The position numbers were made by a program, and so were the translations under genes. The notes under the pieces were generated by a model. That model was not told the origin of the DNA. It searched no databases and saw only the letters and a list, made by a program, of their open reading frames with translations. A stretch of DNA of 22,838 nucleotides from Candidatus Methylomirabilia bacterium (lineage in GTDB: Bacteria; Methylomirabilota; Methylomirabilia; Rokubacteriales; CSP1-6), in NCBI GenBank assembly GCA_041497895.1, contig JBGQHJ010000078.1, forward strand, positions 1 through 22,838, in the 5' to 3' direction. Shown here one piece after another: positions 1 to 8,044 of this stretch (positions are counted from its first letter, which is position 1; every line of letters starts with the position of its first letter).

Positions 1-268
1 GCGCGTCCTTCCGCACCTCCCAGGACTCGGCGAGGCCCGGCACCAGCTGCGCGAGGCGGTCGCCGCGAGTGAGGTCCCACGCGATCAGCGGCTCGTAGAT
101 CTGGTAGCCGATGAAGCGGAAGCCCTCGAAGCCGTTGTCGGCCTGGCCGCCGGTGTAGGGAATGTCGCTGGCGGTCATGCCGATCCGCAGCGTGCCCTGG
201 GCGTGAGCCGGTCCGGTCGGCGAGAGCGGGAACACGAGGGCGAAAAGCAGGATGACCATGCGTCTCAT
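1..268 (-). CDS. ABC transporter substrate-binding protein, peptide/nickel family 5 (5' part; runs off the window edge)
   Basis: Manual translation from ATG at 268: MRRMVILLFALVFPLSPTGPAHAQGTLRIGMTASDIPYTGGQADNGFEGFRFIGYQIYEPLIAWDLTRGDRLAQLVPGLAESWEV. Sec signal ending AHA, and IYEPL...PGLAESWE typical of SBP_bac_5. RBS AGGAGGA at 280-274. Not in the ORF track. Confidence 0.9.
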   Translation of the reverse strand, partial: MRRMVILLFALVFPLSPTGPAHAQGTLRIGMTASDIPYTGGQADNGFEGFRFIGYQIYEPLIAWDLTRGDRLAQLVPGLAESWEVRKDA

Positions 269-278
269 GACGATCCTC

Positions 279-1238
279 CTAGGCGACGAGGTGGCAGCGG
301 GCGGCGTGGCCGGGGGCCACGGGGTGGAACGAGGGCGCGGTGGTCGTGCACGTCGCGAGCGCGACCGGGCACCGCGGCGCGAACGCACAGCCGGGCGGCA
401 GCGCGGCCAGGTTGGGCGGCGCGCCGGTGATCGGGACGAGCGGGCGGCCCTTCTGCCCGCGGCGCACCGTGGCCTGCATCAGGCCGGCGGTGTAGGGATG
501 CGCGGGGCGGCGGAACAGGCCGCGGATGGAGGCCTGCTCCACGATGCGCCCGGCGTACATCACCGCCGCGTCGTCCGCGATCTCCGCCGCGACCCCGAGA
601 TCGTGGGTGACGAAGATGATGGCCAGGTCGAGCCGCTTCTGCAGGTCGCGCAGGAGCCAGAGGATCTGCGCCTGCACGGTGACGTCGAGGGCGGTGGTCG
701 GCTCGTCGGCGAGCAGCAGGGCCGGCTCGCACGCGAGCGCGATCGCGATCATCGCCCGCTGGCGCATGCCGCCGGAGATCTCGTGCGGGTAGCTCGCGAG
801 GCACCGCTCCGGCGACGGCACCTGGACCAGGTCGAGCAGCTCTCGCGCGCGACGGCGCGCCGCCGCGCGGCCGAGGCCGCGGTGCTGCGCGAGGGTCTCC
901 GCGATCTGCCCGCCGATGGTGTAGACCGGATCGAGCGCGGTCATCGGCTCCTGGAACACGAGCGACACCACCCCGCCGCGCAGCGCCTCGCGCGCGCGCC
1001 CGTCGAGCCGGTTGACGTCGCGCCCGTTCACGAGCACCTCGCCGCTGACCCGCGCGTGCGCGCCCTGGTGCAACCCGAGGATCGCGCGCAGGGTGACGCT
1101 CTTGCCCGAGCCCGACTCGCCCAGGAGCGCGAGGACCCGGCCCGCCTCGAGCGAGAACGTGACGTCGTTCACCGCGCGCACCGCGCCGTCGCGCGTCTCG
1201 AACACCACGCTGAGGTCGCGGACGGTCAGTAAGGCCAT
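279..1238 (-). CDS. Oligopeptide/dipeptide ABC transporter ATP-binding protein (OppD/DppD-like)
   Basis: MALLTVRDL start. Walker [10 protein letters not shown]-loop FQEP, signature ISGGMRQR, Walker [17 protein letters not shown] motif, C-terminal GCAFAPRC...C...CH. Start trimmed from the 466-aa ORF. Confidence 0.95.
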   Translation of the reverse strand: MALLTVRDLSVVFETRDGAVRAVNDVTFSLEAGRVLALLGESGSGKSVTLRAILGLHQGAHARVSGEVLVNGRDVNRLDGRAREALRGGVVSLVFQEPMTALDPVYTIGGQIAETLAQHRGLGRAAARRRARELLDLVQVPSPERCLASYPHEISGGMRQRAMIAIALACEPALLLADEPTTALDVTVQAQILWLLRDLQKRLDLAIIFVTHDLGVAAEIADDAAVMYAGRIVEQASIRGLFRRPAHPYTAGLMQATVRRGQKGRPLVPITGAPPNLAALPPGCAFAPRCPVALATCTTTAPSFHPVAPGHAARCHLVA

Positions 1239-1484
1239 GCGGTCTGTCCCCCAGGTGGCGGCGATCATAGCGGGATTGCCGTTCGAGCGCCACCGGAGGC
1301 GGGCAGGTTCATGCAACCGACCTACCCGGCCGTCGAGGCCGCTTCGCGCACGATCTGGCCCGGTCACGGGCGGCGCGGATCCTCTGGTGCCCACGAAAGC
1401 GGCGCCGGCGGCGGCCTCTGCCCAGAAACGGATCTCCGGAACGTGGTACTCTCGCCACCGCGTAGCCGAAGGAGGATCTCTTCC

Positions 1485-2078
1485 ATGCCGACGAGGACCC
1501 GCTTCCTTCTCGTCCCCTTCCTGATCTGGAGCTTCGCCGGCTGCGCCCGGCCGGCCGTCACCCCCGGGCTGGTCTGCGTACCCGCCGGCCAGCCGCCACC
1601 CTACGCGGCGGCCGGGAGCTGGTACTGCCAGGAGGTGTCGGTCAGCGTGCGCGAGCCGGGCCCGCAGCTCGTCCAGCATCGGACCGGGCAGTTCGCGGAC
1701 CTGATCGTGAGCGCGGTGGGGCGCTGCCCGGAGCGACCGGGCCAGTTCGCTCCGAGCGTCACGGTCAAGAACATCGGGCCGGTGCCCGCGGGGGCCTTCA
1801 ACGTGGCCATCGACGTCGGCGTCTTCGACCGCGGCGGCTCGCCGGTGGCGTCCACCGCCGCGGTCGTCCGCGTCGCCGGCCTCGCCGCGGGCGCGGAGAG
1901 CGCCCTCGCGCTCGACCGGATGCCGGGGGTGATGCTCCGCGCGGGAGACCGGCTCACCATCTCCGCGATCGCCGATCCGCAGCAGGTTCCGGGCGGACCC
2001 CCCAACGTGTTCGGCGAGGTCCTCGAGCTGGACGAGACCAACAACGGCGCGGTGCAGAACTGCGCGGTGCCGGGCTGA
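1485..2078 (+). CDS. Lipoprotein with CARDB-like (Ig-like) domain, 197 aa
   Basis: RBS GAAGGAGGA before ATG 1485. Lipobox FAGC. ADLIVS...VTVKNIG...AGAFNV...LAAG...IADP...EVLELDETNN matches the CARDB pattern. Four further Cys. Confidence 0.75.
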   Translation: MPTRTRFLLVPFLIWSFAGCARPAVTPGLVCVPAGQPPPYAAAGSWYCQEVSVSVREPGPQLVQHRTGQFADLIVSAVGRCPERPGQFAPSVTVKNIGPVPAGAFNVAIDVGVFDRGGSPVASTAAVVRVAGLAAGAESALALDRMPGVMLRAGDRLTISAIADPQQVPGGPPNVFGEVLELDETNNGAVQNCAVPG

Positions 2079-2080
2079 GA

Positions 2081-2137
2081 GGGCTCGGGGCCGACGCGCC
2101 GGGGGAGGGCGACCGGCCGCTCCCCCGGCACGAGCCC
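2081..2137. terminator. GC-rich stem-loop between convergent genes (possible bidirectional terminator or pause site)
   Basis: GCCGGGGGAG (2098-2107) pairs with CTCCCCCGGC (2120-2129). Outer GGGCTCG (2081-2087) pairs with CGAGCCC (2131-2137). No U-tract. Confidence 0.5.
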
Positions 2138-2144
2138 GGTACGA

Positions 2145-2627
2145 CTACTGCGGTCTCGCCTGGCGAGCCGCGAAGTCCCGGTGCAGATCGCGCCGGTCCC
2201 GGCGCACGTCGCGCTCGTCCGCGCGCCGGTCCTGCTTGTCCCGATGGAGGTCGGTCACATCCGCGCGCCGATCCCGTCGATCGTGGTGCAGATTCCGGAG
2301 GTCTCCCCGGCGATCGTTGAGATCCGTGCGCAGGCTGCTCCGCGTCTTCCGGAGGTTCTCGCGCGCGGCCTTGACCGCATTGGGGTCGCCGGACTTGTAG
2401 GCGTCGCGCAGCTGCCGGCGCGCGCCGCGGAGCGCGGTGCGATCCTGCTGGATGCCCTGCGTGTCCTTGCCGATGTCCTGCTTGTCGCTCCGGATGTCCC
2501 GGGTGTCCTCGCGGAGGTCCTGCCGATCTTCGCGCACGTCCTGGGCCTTGGCGGGTGACACCGAGGGCCCGGCTACCGCGACGATCGCGCACGTGGCGAC
2601 CATCGTCCAGCTCGTCAGCCTGTTCAT
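2145..2627 (-). CDS. Exported Asp/Arg-rich heptad-repeat (coiled-coil) protein, 160 aa
   Basis: RBS AAAGGAGA before ATG 2627. Signal peptide ending AKA-Q. Repeats DRQDLRE DTRDIRS DKQDIGK DTQGIQQ DRTALRG, a GDPN turn, then a second repeat block. Confidence 0.8.
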   Translation of the reverse strand: MNRLTSWTMVATCAIVAVAGPSVSPAKAQDVREDRQDLREDTRDIRSDKQDIGKDTQGIQQDRTALRGARRQLRDAYKSGDPNAVKAARENLRKTRSSLRTDLNDRRGDLRNLHHDRRDRRADVTDLHRDKQDRRADERDVRRDRRDLHRDFAARQARPQ

Positions 2628-2784
2628 CGTCCCGTCTCCTTTCGGCTCGATCGAGATATGAGTCCGAGCCCGTGATCGCGGGCTCCTACCCAGGCAGACG
2701 GGGGCCATTTTTCGAGCGCTTACACGCAAACTCTGCAGCCGCGAAGGAGGGAGCGACCAGGTCAACGAGGCGCGGCCGGGCGGT

Positions 2785-3036
2785 TCAGCGCCGGGCCCCC
2801 GGGGGGCCCGCGTCCAGGCGTCCGGGCTCCGGGCACGACTCGGGCGCGAGGGCGCCCCACCGCAGGTTCTCGGCCGCCGCCTCGGCACTGGTGACGTCGG
2901 GCGCCTGTCCGGTCATGAGAGCGCTCCGCTCACACGCCGTCGGCACGAGCCGGTCCGGGGGCGCCGGCCGCGGAACCACGGTCGCGCAGCCCACCAGCAG
3001 CACCACCGCCAGCGGGACCCCGCGCACCCACGTCAT
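2785..3036 (-). CDS. Small putative lipoprotein, 83 aa
   Basis: RBS GGAGGG upstream. MTWVRGVPLAVVLLVGC lipobox. Two further Cys (possible disulfide). Confidence 0.6.
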   Translation of the reverse strand: MTWVRGVPLAVVLLVGCATVVPRPAPPDRLVPTACERSALMTGQAPDVTSAEAAAENLRWGALAPESCPEPGRLDAGPPGARR

Positions 3037-3069
3037 GTCGCCCTCCGGTCACCGCGCACGTCCTCATCT

Positions 3070-3267
3070 TCACGCGTTCGTCTTTTTCGCGCCGCTCGTC
3101 TCGAACGGCAGGAGGAGCGCCCCGCGTCCTCCGCCCTGGAGGTCGACCGGGCACTGCCATCCGAGCGCGCTCGTGATGCCGGCGCCCGGCCGCAGGTCGA
3201 GCTTCGCGTACTCCACGAGGCCCAGCCGCATCAGGGTGTAGGACCGCCCGGCGAAGATGTCGCCGTG
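3070..3267 (-). pseudogene. Possible gene remnant or small ORF
   Basis: Frame reads HGDIFAGRSYTLMRLGLVEYAKLDLRPGAGITSALGWQCPVDLQGG...TNA* with mostly G/C third positions in the first half. No upstream start or RBS; in-frame TAG at 3324-3322. Confidence 0.25.
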
Positions 3268-3371
3268 GCGGCTCCGAGCAGGAACCCGGCGGACGCCACG
3301 AGGGCGGGGAGACGACCGGAGCTACGTCGGGCGGACCACCGTGCCCGGAAGAGGCGGGAGACGGGGGCCGC

Positions 3372-4205
3372 TCAGCCGGGGAACGGGGTCACGACCGGGA
3401 TCTCGGCGATCCTCAGCTTGACGTTCTGAGTTCCCGCGGCGCCACGGGCCACCGCGAGCGCGACGCTGGGCTCGGCCCCCGCGGGCAGCTCGAGCGTCAC
3501 CTCGCCCTTCACGCATTCCACGTCGATCCGGTGGCGCCGCATCTCCGGGTGGCCGGCGAGCGCGACCTCGACCTGGGAGGCGACCACTCGATCCGCCACC
3601 AGCTCCCGGGCCGCGTCCGTGGTGGCGAGCTCGGGTCGCCGTGCCGCCTCCGCGAGGAGACCGACGGCCGCCTCGCGGGAGAGCACTGCGGTGTTGACCA
3701 GGAGGTCGTAGAGGCTCGGGTCCTTGACCTCGGCGTCGAAGAGATAACGCATCCGCGCCGCCTTCTGGATGTCGTCGCGGCGGATGAACTGGGCCACCGT
3801 CTTGGGCGTGACGCGCTCCTTGCCCTGGGCGGACAGGGTCGCGGTCAGCCGCGTCACGCGCACCGGGAAGGGCGCCACGATCCGGGTTCGGAGCACGTGG
3901 GGCAGGCCGCGGAGCAGCCACTGGCCCCCGCCCCCCATCAGGACCACGTTGTCGTCCTGCGCGAACTCGTACAGGACCACCTGGAGGGCCAGGATGCACC
4001 GGCGCGTCTCGGCGTCGAACCGCTCCACCCAGGACGGCCGGTCCTCGACGAGACGGGCGAGGCGATCCTCCGCCAGTCCGTAGCGCTTGGCCCGGCCGAG
4101 CAGCTCCTCCTGATCGACGTAGGTGTAGCCGAGGCGGTTCGCCACCGCCATGCCGATCTCGGCGCCGCCGCTGCCCATTTCCTGGGAGATCGTCAGAATC
4201 GCCAT
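3372..4205 (-). CDS. Cytidylate kinase-like family protein with C-terminal BON-like domain
   Basis: ILTISQEMGSGGAEIG P-loop variant, NVVLMGGGG and DPSLYDLLVNT are typical of Cytidylate_kin2. C-terminal VASQVEVAL...IDVECVKGEVTL...VARGAAGTQNV resembles BON. RBS CAGGAGAG. Confidence 0.85.
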   Translation of the reverse strand: MAILTISQEMGSGGAEIGMAVANRLGYTYVDQEELLGRAKRYGLAEDRLARLVEDRPSWVERFDAETRRCILALQVVLYEFAQDDNVVLMGGGGQWLLRGLPHVLRTRIVAPFPVRVTRLTATLSAQGKERVTPKTVAQFIRRDDIQKAARMRYLFDAEVKDPSLYDLLVNTAVLSREAAVGLLAEAARRPELATTDAARELVADRVVASQVEVALAGHPEMRRHRIDVECVKGEVTLELPAGAEPSVALAVARGAAGTQNVKLRIAEIPVVTPFPG

Positions 4206-4264
4206 AGCATCACTCTCCTGCCCGGGTCGAGCGAGCCGGGCCGAACCGGTCGATCGGTGGCGAG

Positions 4265-4293
4265 AGCTTAGTCGCGGCGGCCGACCGAGTCAA
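4265..4293 (-). promoter_or_regulatory. Sigma70-type promoter for the cytidylate kinase-like gene
   Basis: Minus strand TTGACT (4293-4288) - 17 nt - TAAGCT (4270-4265). Confidence 0.6.
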
Positions 4294-4339
4294 GCCCGCC
4301 CCGGCCCCCCGGCGGTGGCCGGAGCCGGATATCGTTTCG

Positions 4340-4389
4340 ATGACATTCCCGTGACGTGGTGGCGACGGCCGAGCTGCTCGTGGTACGGT
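4340..4389 (+). promoter_or_regulatory. Three 11-bp-period direct repeats (PhoB/OmpR-family box-like) plus extended -10 upstream of the CHAD gene
   Basis: ATGACA 4340, GTGACG 4351, GCGACG 4362 (reverse complements TGTCAT, CGTCAC, CGTCGC). TGGTACGGT at 4381-4389. Confidence 0.45.
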
Positions 4390-4423
4390 CCGCCCTACCC
4401 CTTCCCCGGAGGGCCAGCAGCGC

Positions 4424-5275
4424 ATGCGGACCAAGAACGCCGACCTCGAGCTCGTCGTCACGGCGCTCCGTGCCCAGCTGCGGGCGATCCACGCCCACGA
4501 GCGGGGGGCCCGGGCCGGACGAGATCCCGAAGACCTCCACGAGATGCGCGTCGCGGTCCGCCGGCTGCGGGCGATCCTGCGGGCCAGCCGCACGATGTTC
4601 GAGCGCGAGTGGACGGAGGGCCTGCGGGGCGAGCTCGAGTGGCTCGGCGCCGCGCTCGGCCACGTTCGTGACCTGGACGTCCTGCTCGCGTCGCTGCAGT
4701 CCCGCCTCGAGGGTCTGCCCGCCAGCGAGCGCCGGATCGGCGCGATCCTGCTCGGCGACATCGAGAAGGATTGCGCGAGGGCCCGGAGTCGGCTGCGCGC
4801 GGCCTTCGCCGGGCCACGCTACAAGCGGCTGCTCCGACGCCTCGACGCCGGCCTTCGCCGCCCTCCGGTCGTCGAGCCCGACGTCTCGCTGCAGGACGTC
4901 GCCGCGAAGGAGTTCGAGAAGCTGCGGTCGGCCGTCAAGGACCTGCCGAAGCATCCCGGGGACGGGGATCTCCACGCGGTGAGGATCAAGGTGAAGCGCG
5001 CGCGCTATGCGGCCGAGCTCGTCCGCGAGACGGCCGGCCGGCCGACCAGGCGCTTTCTCCAGCAGGCCCAGGCGGTCCAGGACGTTCTCGGGGATCACCA
5101 GGACTCGGTGGTCCTCGAGGGGCGTCTCCGCGAGGCGCCCGCGGGGTCCGGCGATCTGCGCCGGGTCACGAAGACGCTCATCGAGCTCGAGCGCAAGCGA
5201 CGGAAGGGGACGCGCGCGGCCTTCCGCGAGGAGTGGCCGACGCTCAAGCGGCGCGGCCGGAAGGCCTGGGGCTGA
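4424..5275 (+). CDS. CHAD domain protein (polyphosphate-binding)
   Basis: Duplicated motifs LHEMRVAVRRLR / LHAVRIKVKRARY and LGHVRDLDV / LGDHQD. Helical and Arg/Lys-rich. RBS GGAGGG. Confidence 0.92.
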   Translation: MRTKNADLELVVTALRAQLRAIHAHERGARAGRDPEDLHEMRVAVRRLRAILRASRTMFEREWTEGLRGELEWLGAALGHVRDLDVLLASLQSRLEGLPASERRIGAILLGDIEKDCARARSRLRAAFAGPRYKRLLRRLDAGLRRPPVVEPDVSLQDVAAKEFEKLRSAVKDLPKHPGDGDLHAVRIKVKRARYAAELVRETAGRPTRRFLQQAQAVQDVLGDHQDSVVLEGRLREAPAGSGDLRRVTKTLIELERKRRKGTRAAFREEWPTLKRRGRKAWG

Positions 5276-5405
5276 CGCGCGCCGCGCCCCTCGGCCTCCT
5301 CGTGCCCCGCCAGCCGTCCCTCGGCAACCGGTAGGGTCCCCGTCCCGTTCTCGTGATGCTGGGCCGTGGGTCCGGTGCTAGCCTGGCGAGATGGGAGAGC
5401 CAATC

Positions 5406-7958
5406 ATGAAGCCGAGCCCGCCCGAGCGGTCCACCCGGGTCGCGCCCACCGCGCCGCTCCAGAGCCTGCCCTACGACAGCCTCGGCATGGACGCGGAATC
5501 CTTCAAGCGAGGCATCCTCGGCCACCTCGAGTACACCCTCGCCGAGCTGCCCGACCAGGTGGACAGCGAGTGGGAGCCGTACGTCGCGGTGGCGCTGGCG
5601 GTGCGCGATCGGATGGTCGAGCGCTGGGTGCGCACGCAGGACACCTATTACCGCCGCGACGCCAAGCGGGTCTACTACCTCTCGCTCGAGTACCTCATGG
5701 GCCGTACGCTCGGCAACAGCCTGATCAACATGGGCCTGCTCGACGAGAGCGCGAAGGCCCTGCACGACCTCGGCTACCGGCTCGAGGATGTGCGCGAGGC
5801 CGAGTGGGACGCGGGCCTCGGCAACGGCGGCCTCGGCCGGCTCGCCGCGTGCTTCCTCGACTCGCTCGCCACGCTGGGCTACCCGTCGTACGGCTACGGC
5901 CTCCGCTACGACTACGGCATCTTCCACCAGCGCATCGTCAACGGCAGCCAGGTCGAGGTGCCGGACGGCTGGCTCCGCTACGGAAATCCGTGGGAGATCC
6001 CGCGGCCGGGCGACCGCTTCCGGGTGCAGTTCTTCGGTCGGGTCCAGTCCTCCGTCGACGCGCGTGGCCGGCTGGTGAAGGAGTGGCTCGACACCCGCGA
6101 CGTGCTGGCGACGCCCTTCGACACCCCGGTCCCCGGCTACGGCACCCAGACCGTCAACACCCTGAGGCTCTGGGCCGCGCGTGCGGTCCAGGAATTCGAT
6201 CTCCGCGAGTTCAACGAGGGCGACTACATCGGGGCGATCGAGGCGCGCGCCCGCTCGGAGAGCATCTGCCGGGTGCTCTACCCGAGCGACAACGTGGCCG
6301 CGGGCCAGGAGCTCCGGCTGGCCCAGGAGTACTTCTTCGTCGCGGCCACGCTCCAGGACATCATCCGGCGCTACAAGAAGCGCTACCGGATGTTCGACGA
6401 GCCGCACGGCCTCGGCGTCTTCGATCACTTTGCCGACAAGGTGGCCATCCAGCTCAACGACACCCACCCGGCCCTCGCCATCCCTGAGCTGATGCGGATC
6501 CTGGTGGACCTGGAGGGCATCGGCTGGGACGAGGCCTGGGAGATCACCCGGGCGACGTTCGGCTACACCAACCACACCGTGCTCCCCGAGGCGCTCGAGC
6601 GATGGCCGGTCCGCCTGATCGGCCGCATGCTGCCCCGGCACCTCGAGATCGTCTACGAGATCAACCGGCGCTTCCTGGACGACGTCCGACGCCGCTTCGG
6701 GTCCGACGACGCGCGCGCCCGCCGCATGTCGCTGGTCGACGAGGACGGCGACCAGCGTGTCCGCATGGCCAGCCTCGCCATCGTCGGTAGCCACAGCGTC
6801 AACGGAGTGGCCGAGCTCCACACCGAGATCCTGAAGCGGGACGTCTTCCGCGACTTCCACGAGATGTGGCCGGAGCGGTTCAACAACAAGACCAACGGCA
6901 TCACCCAGCGCCGGTGGCTCCTCAAGAGCAACGAGCCGCTGGCCCGGCTGATCACCGAGGCCATCGGGCCCGCGTGGGTCACCGACCTCGAGGAGCTGCG
7001 CAAGCTCACCGCCCGCGCGACCGACTCCGCCCTGGCCGCCGCCTGGGGGAAGGCCAAGCGGGCGAACAAGCTCCGCCTCGCCGCCACCATCGCGGCCCAG
7101 TACGAGCGGCGCGGCGCCGCGATCACGGTCAATCCCGACTCGCTGTTCGACGTCCAGGTCAAGCGGATCCACGAGTACAAGCGCCAGCTCCTGAACGTCT
7201 TCCACGTGATCAGCCTCTACAACCGGATCCGGGACGGGCACCCTGAAACCCTCCCGCGAACCGTCATCTTCGGCGGCAAGGCGGCGCCCGGCTACGCGAT
7301 GGCCAAGCTGATCATCCGCCTCATCAACGGGGTCGCCGACACCGTGAACGCCGACCCGGCCACGCGCGACCGTCTCGCCGTCGCGTTCCTGGCCGACTAC
7401 CGGGTCTCGCTCGCCGAGCAGATCGTGCCGGGAACCGAGCTGTCGGAGCAGATCTCCCTCGCCGGCACCGAGGCCTCCGGGACCGGGAACATGAAGCTCG
7501 GCCTGAACGGCGCGCTCACCATCGGAACCCTGGACGGCGCCAACGTCGAGATCCGGGACGAGGTGGGCGACGACAACATCTTCATCTTCGGCCTCACCGC
7601 GGCCGAGGTCGAGGCCCGGCGGCCCCAGTACGCTCCGGGAGACGTCTACCGGAGCGACCCCGAGCTGGCCCGGGTGCTCGACATGATCGGCGGCGGCGCG
7701 TTCAGCCCGGGCGAGCCCGATCTCTTCCGGCCCATCGTCGACTCCCTCCTGGTCGGCGGCGACCGTTACTTCCTGCTCGCCGACTACGCCGCCTACCTGG
7801 CCGCCCAGGATCGGGTCGCCCGGACCTATCGCGACCAGGCGGAATGGACGAAGCGGTCCATCCTGAACGTCGCCCACATGGGCAAGTTCTCGAGCGACCG
7901 GACGATCCGGCAGTACGCCGAGGAGGTCTGGCGCGTGTCTCCGACGAAGGTGGAATGA
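5406..7958 (+). CDS. glgP: Glycogen/starch/alpha-glucan phosphorylase
   Basis: YYLSLEYLMGR, GLGNGGLGRLAACFLDS, IQLNDTHP, YTNHTVLPEALE, KRIHEYKRQ, and PLP-lysine motif EASGTGNMK. ATG 5406 follows GGGAGA; ATG 5391 is an alternative start. Confidence 0.98.
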   Translation: MKPSPPERSTRVAPTAPLQSLPYDSLGMDAESFKRGILGHLEYTLAELPDQVDSEWEPYVAVALAVRDRMVERWVRTQDTYYRRDAKRVYYLSLEYLMGRTLGNSLINMGLLDESAKALHDLGYRLEDVREAEWDAGLGNGGLGRLAACFLDSLATLGYPSYGYGLRYDYGIFHQRIVNGSQVEVPDGWLRYGNPWEIPRPGDRFRVQFFGRVQSSVDARGRLVKEWLDTRDVLATPFDTPVPGYGTQTVNTLRLWAARAVQEFDLREFNEGDYIGAIEARARSESICRVLYPSDNVAAGQELRLAQEYFFVAATLQDIIRRYKKRYRMFDEPHGLGVFDHFADKVAIQLNDTHPALAIPELMRILVDLEGIGWDEAWEITRATFGYTNHTVLPEALERWPVRLIGRMLPRHLEIVYEINRRFLDDVRRRFGSDDARARRMSLVDEDGDQRVRMASLAIVGSHSVNGVAELHTEILKRDVFRDFHEMWPERFNNKTNGITQRRWLLKSNEPLARLITEAIGPAWVTDLEELRKLTARATDSALAAAWGKAKRANKLRLAATIAAQYERRGAAITVNPDSLFDVQVKRIHEYKRQLLNVFHVISLYNRIRDGHPETLPRTVIFGGKAAPGYAMAKLIIRLINGVADTVNADPATRDRLAVAFLADYRVSLAEQIVPGTELSEQISLAGTEASGTGNMKLGLNGALTIGTLDGANVEIRDEVGDDNIFIFGLTAAEVEARRPQYAPGDVYRSDPELARVLDMIGGGAFSPGEPDLFRPIVDSLLVGGDRYFLLADYAAYLAAQDRVARTYRDQAEWTKRSILNVAHMGKFSSDRTIRQYAEEVWRVSPTKVE

Positions 7959-7987
7959 GCGGGGCGTCGAGGCCCTCGATGACCCGC

Positions 7988-8017
7988 TTGACAGCCGGCC
8001 GCCGCGGCCGCCACGAT
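7988..8017 (+). promoter_or_regulatory. Sigma70-type promoter for the 8045 gene
   Basis: TTGACA (7988-7993) - 18 nt - CACGAT (8012-8017), followed by RBS GAGGAGG. Confidence 0.5.
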
Positions 8018-8044
8018 GACCGAAATCCCGGTGAGGAGGCCGCC

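Noticed and set aside
1239..1484. Riboswitch or ncRNA upstream of the ABC operon
   Set aside because: No conserved aptamer motif recognisable by eye. An Rfam/Infernal scan would be needed to exclude one.
1239..1679. 466-aa version of the ABC ATPase
   Set aside because: The extension is low-complexity and overlaps the CARDB gene. The ATPase domain starts at MALLTV (1238).
2160..2545. 21-nt periodic DNA repeats as a possible CRISPR or tandem array
   Set aside because: They are degenerate and explained by the protein heptad repeat. No identical repeats with unique spacers, and no cas genes.
5244..7877. 877-aa minus-strand ORF
   Set aside because: Antisense shadow of glgP produced by high-GC codon bias. 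No recognisable motifs.
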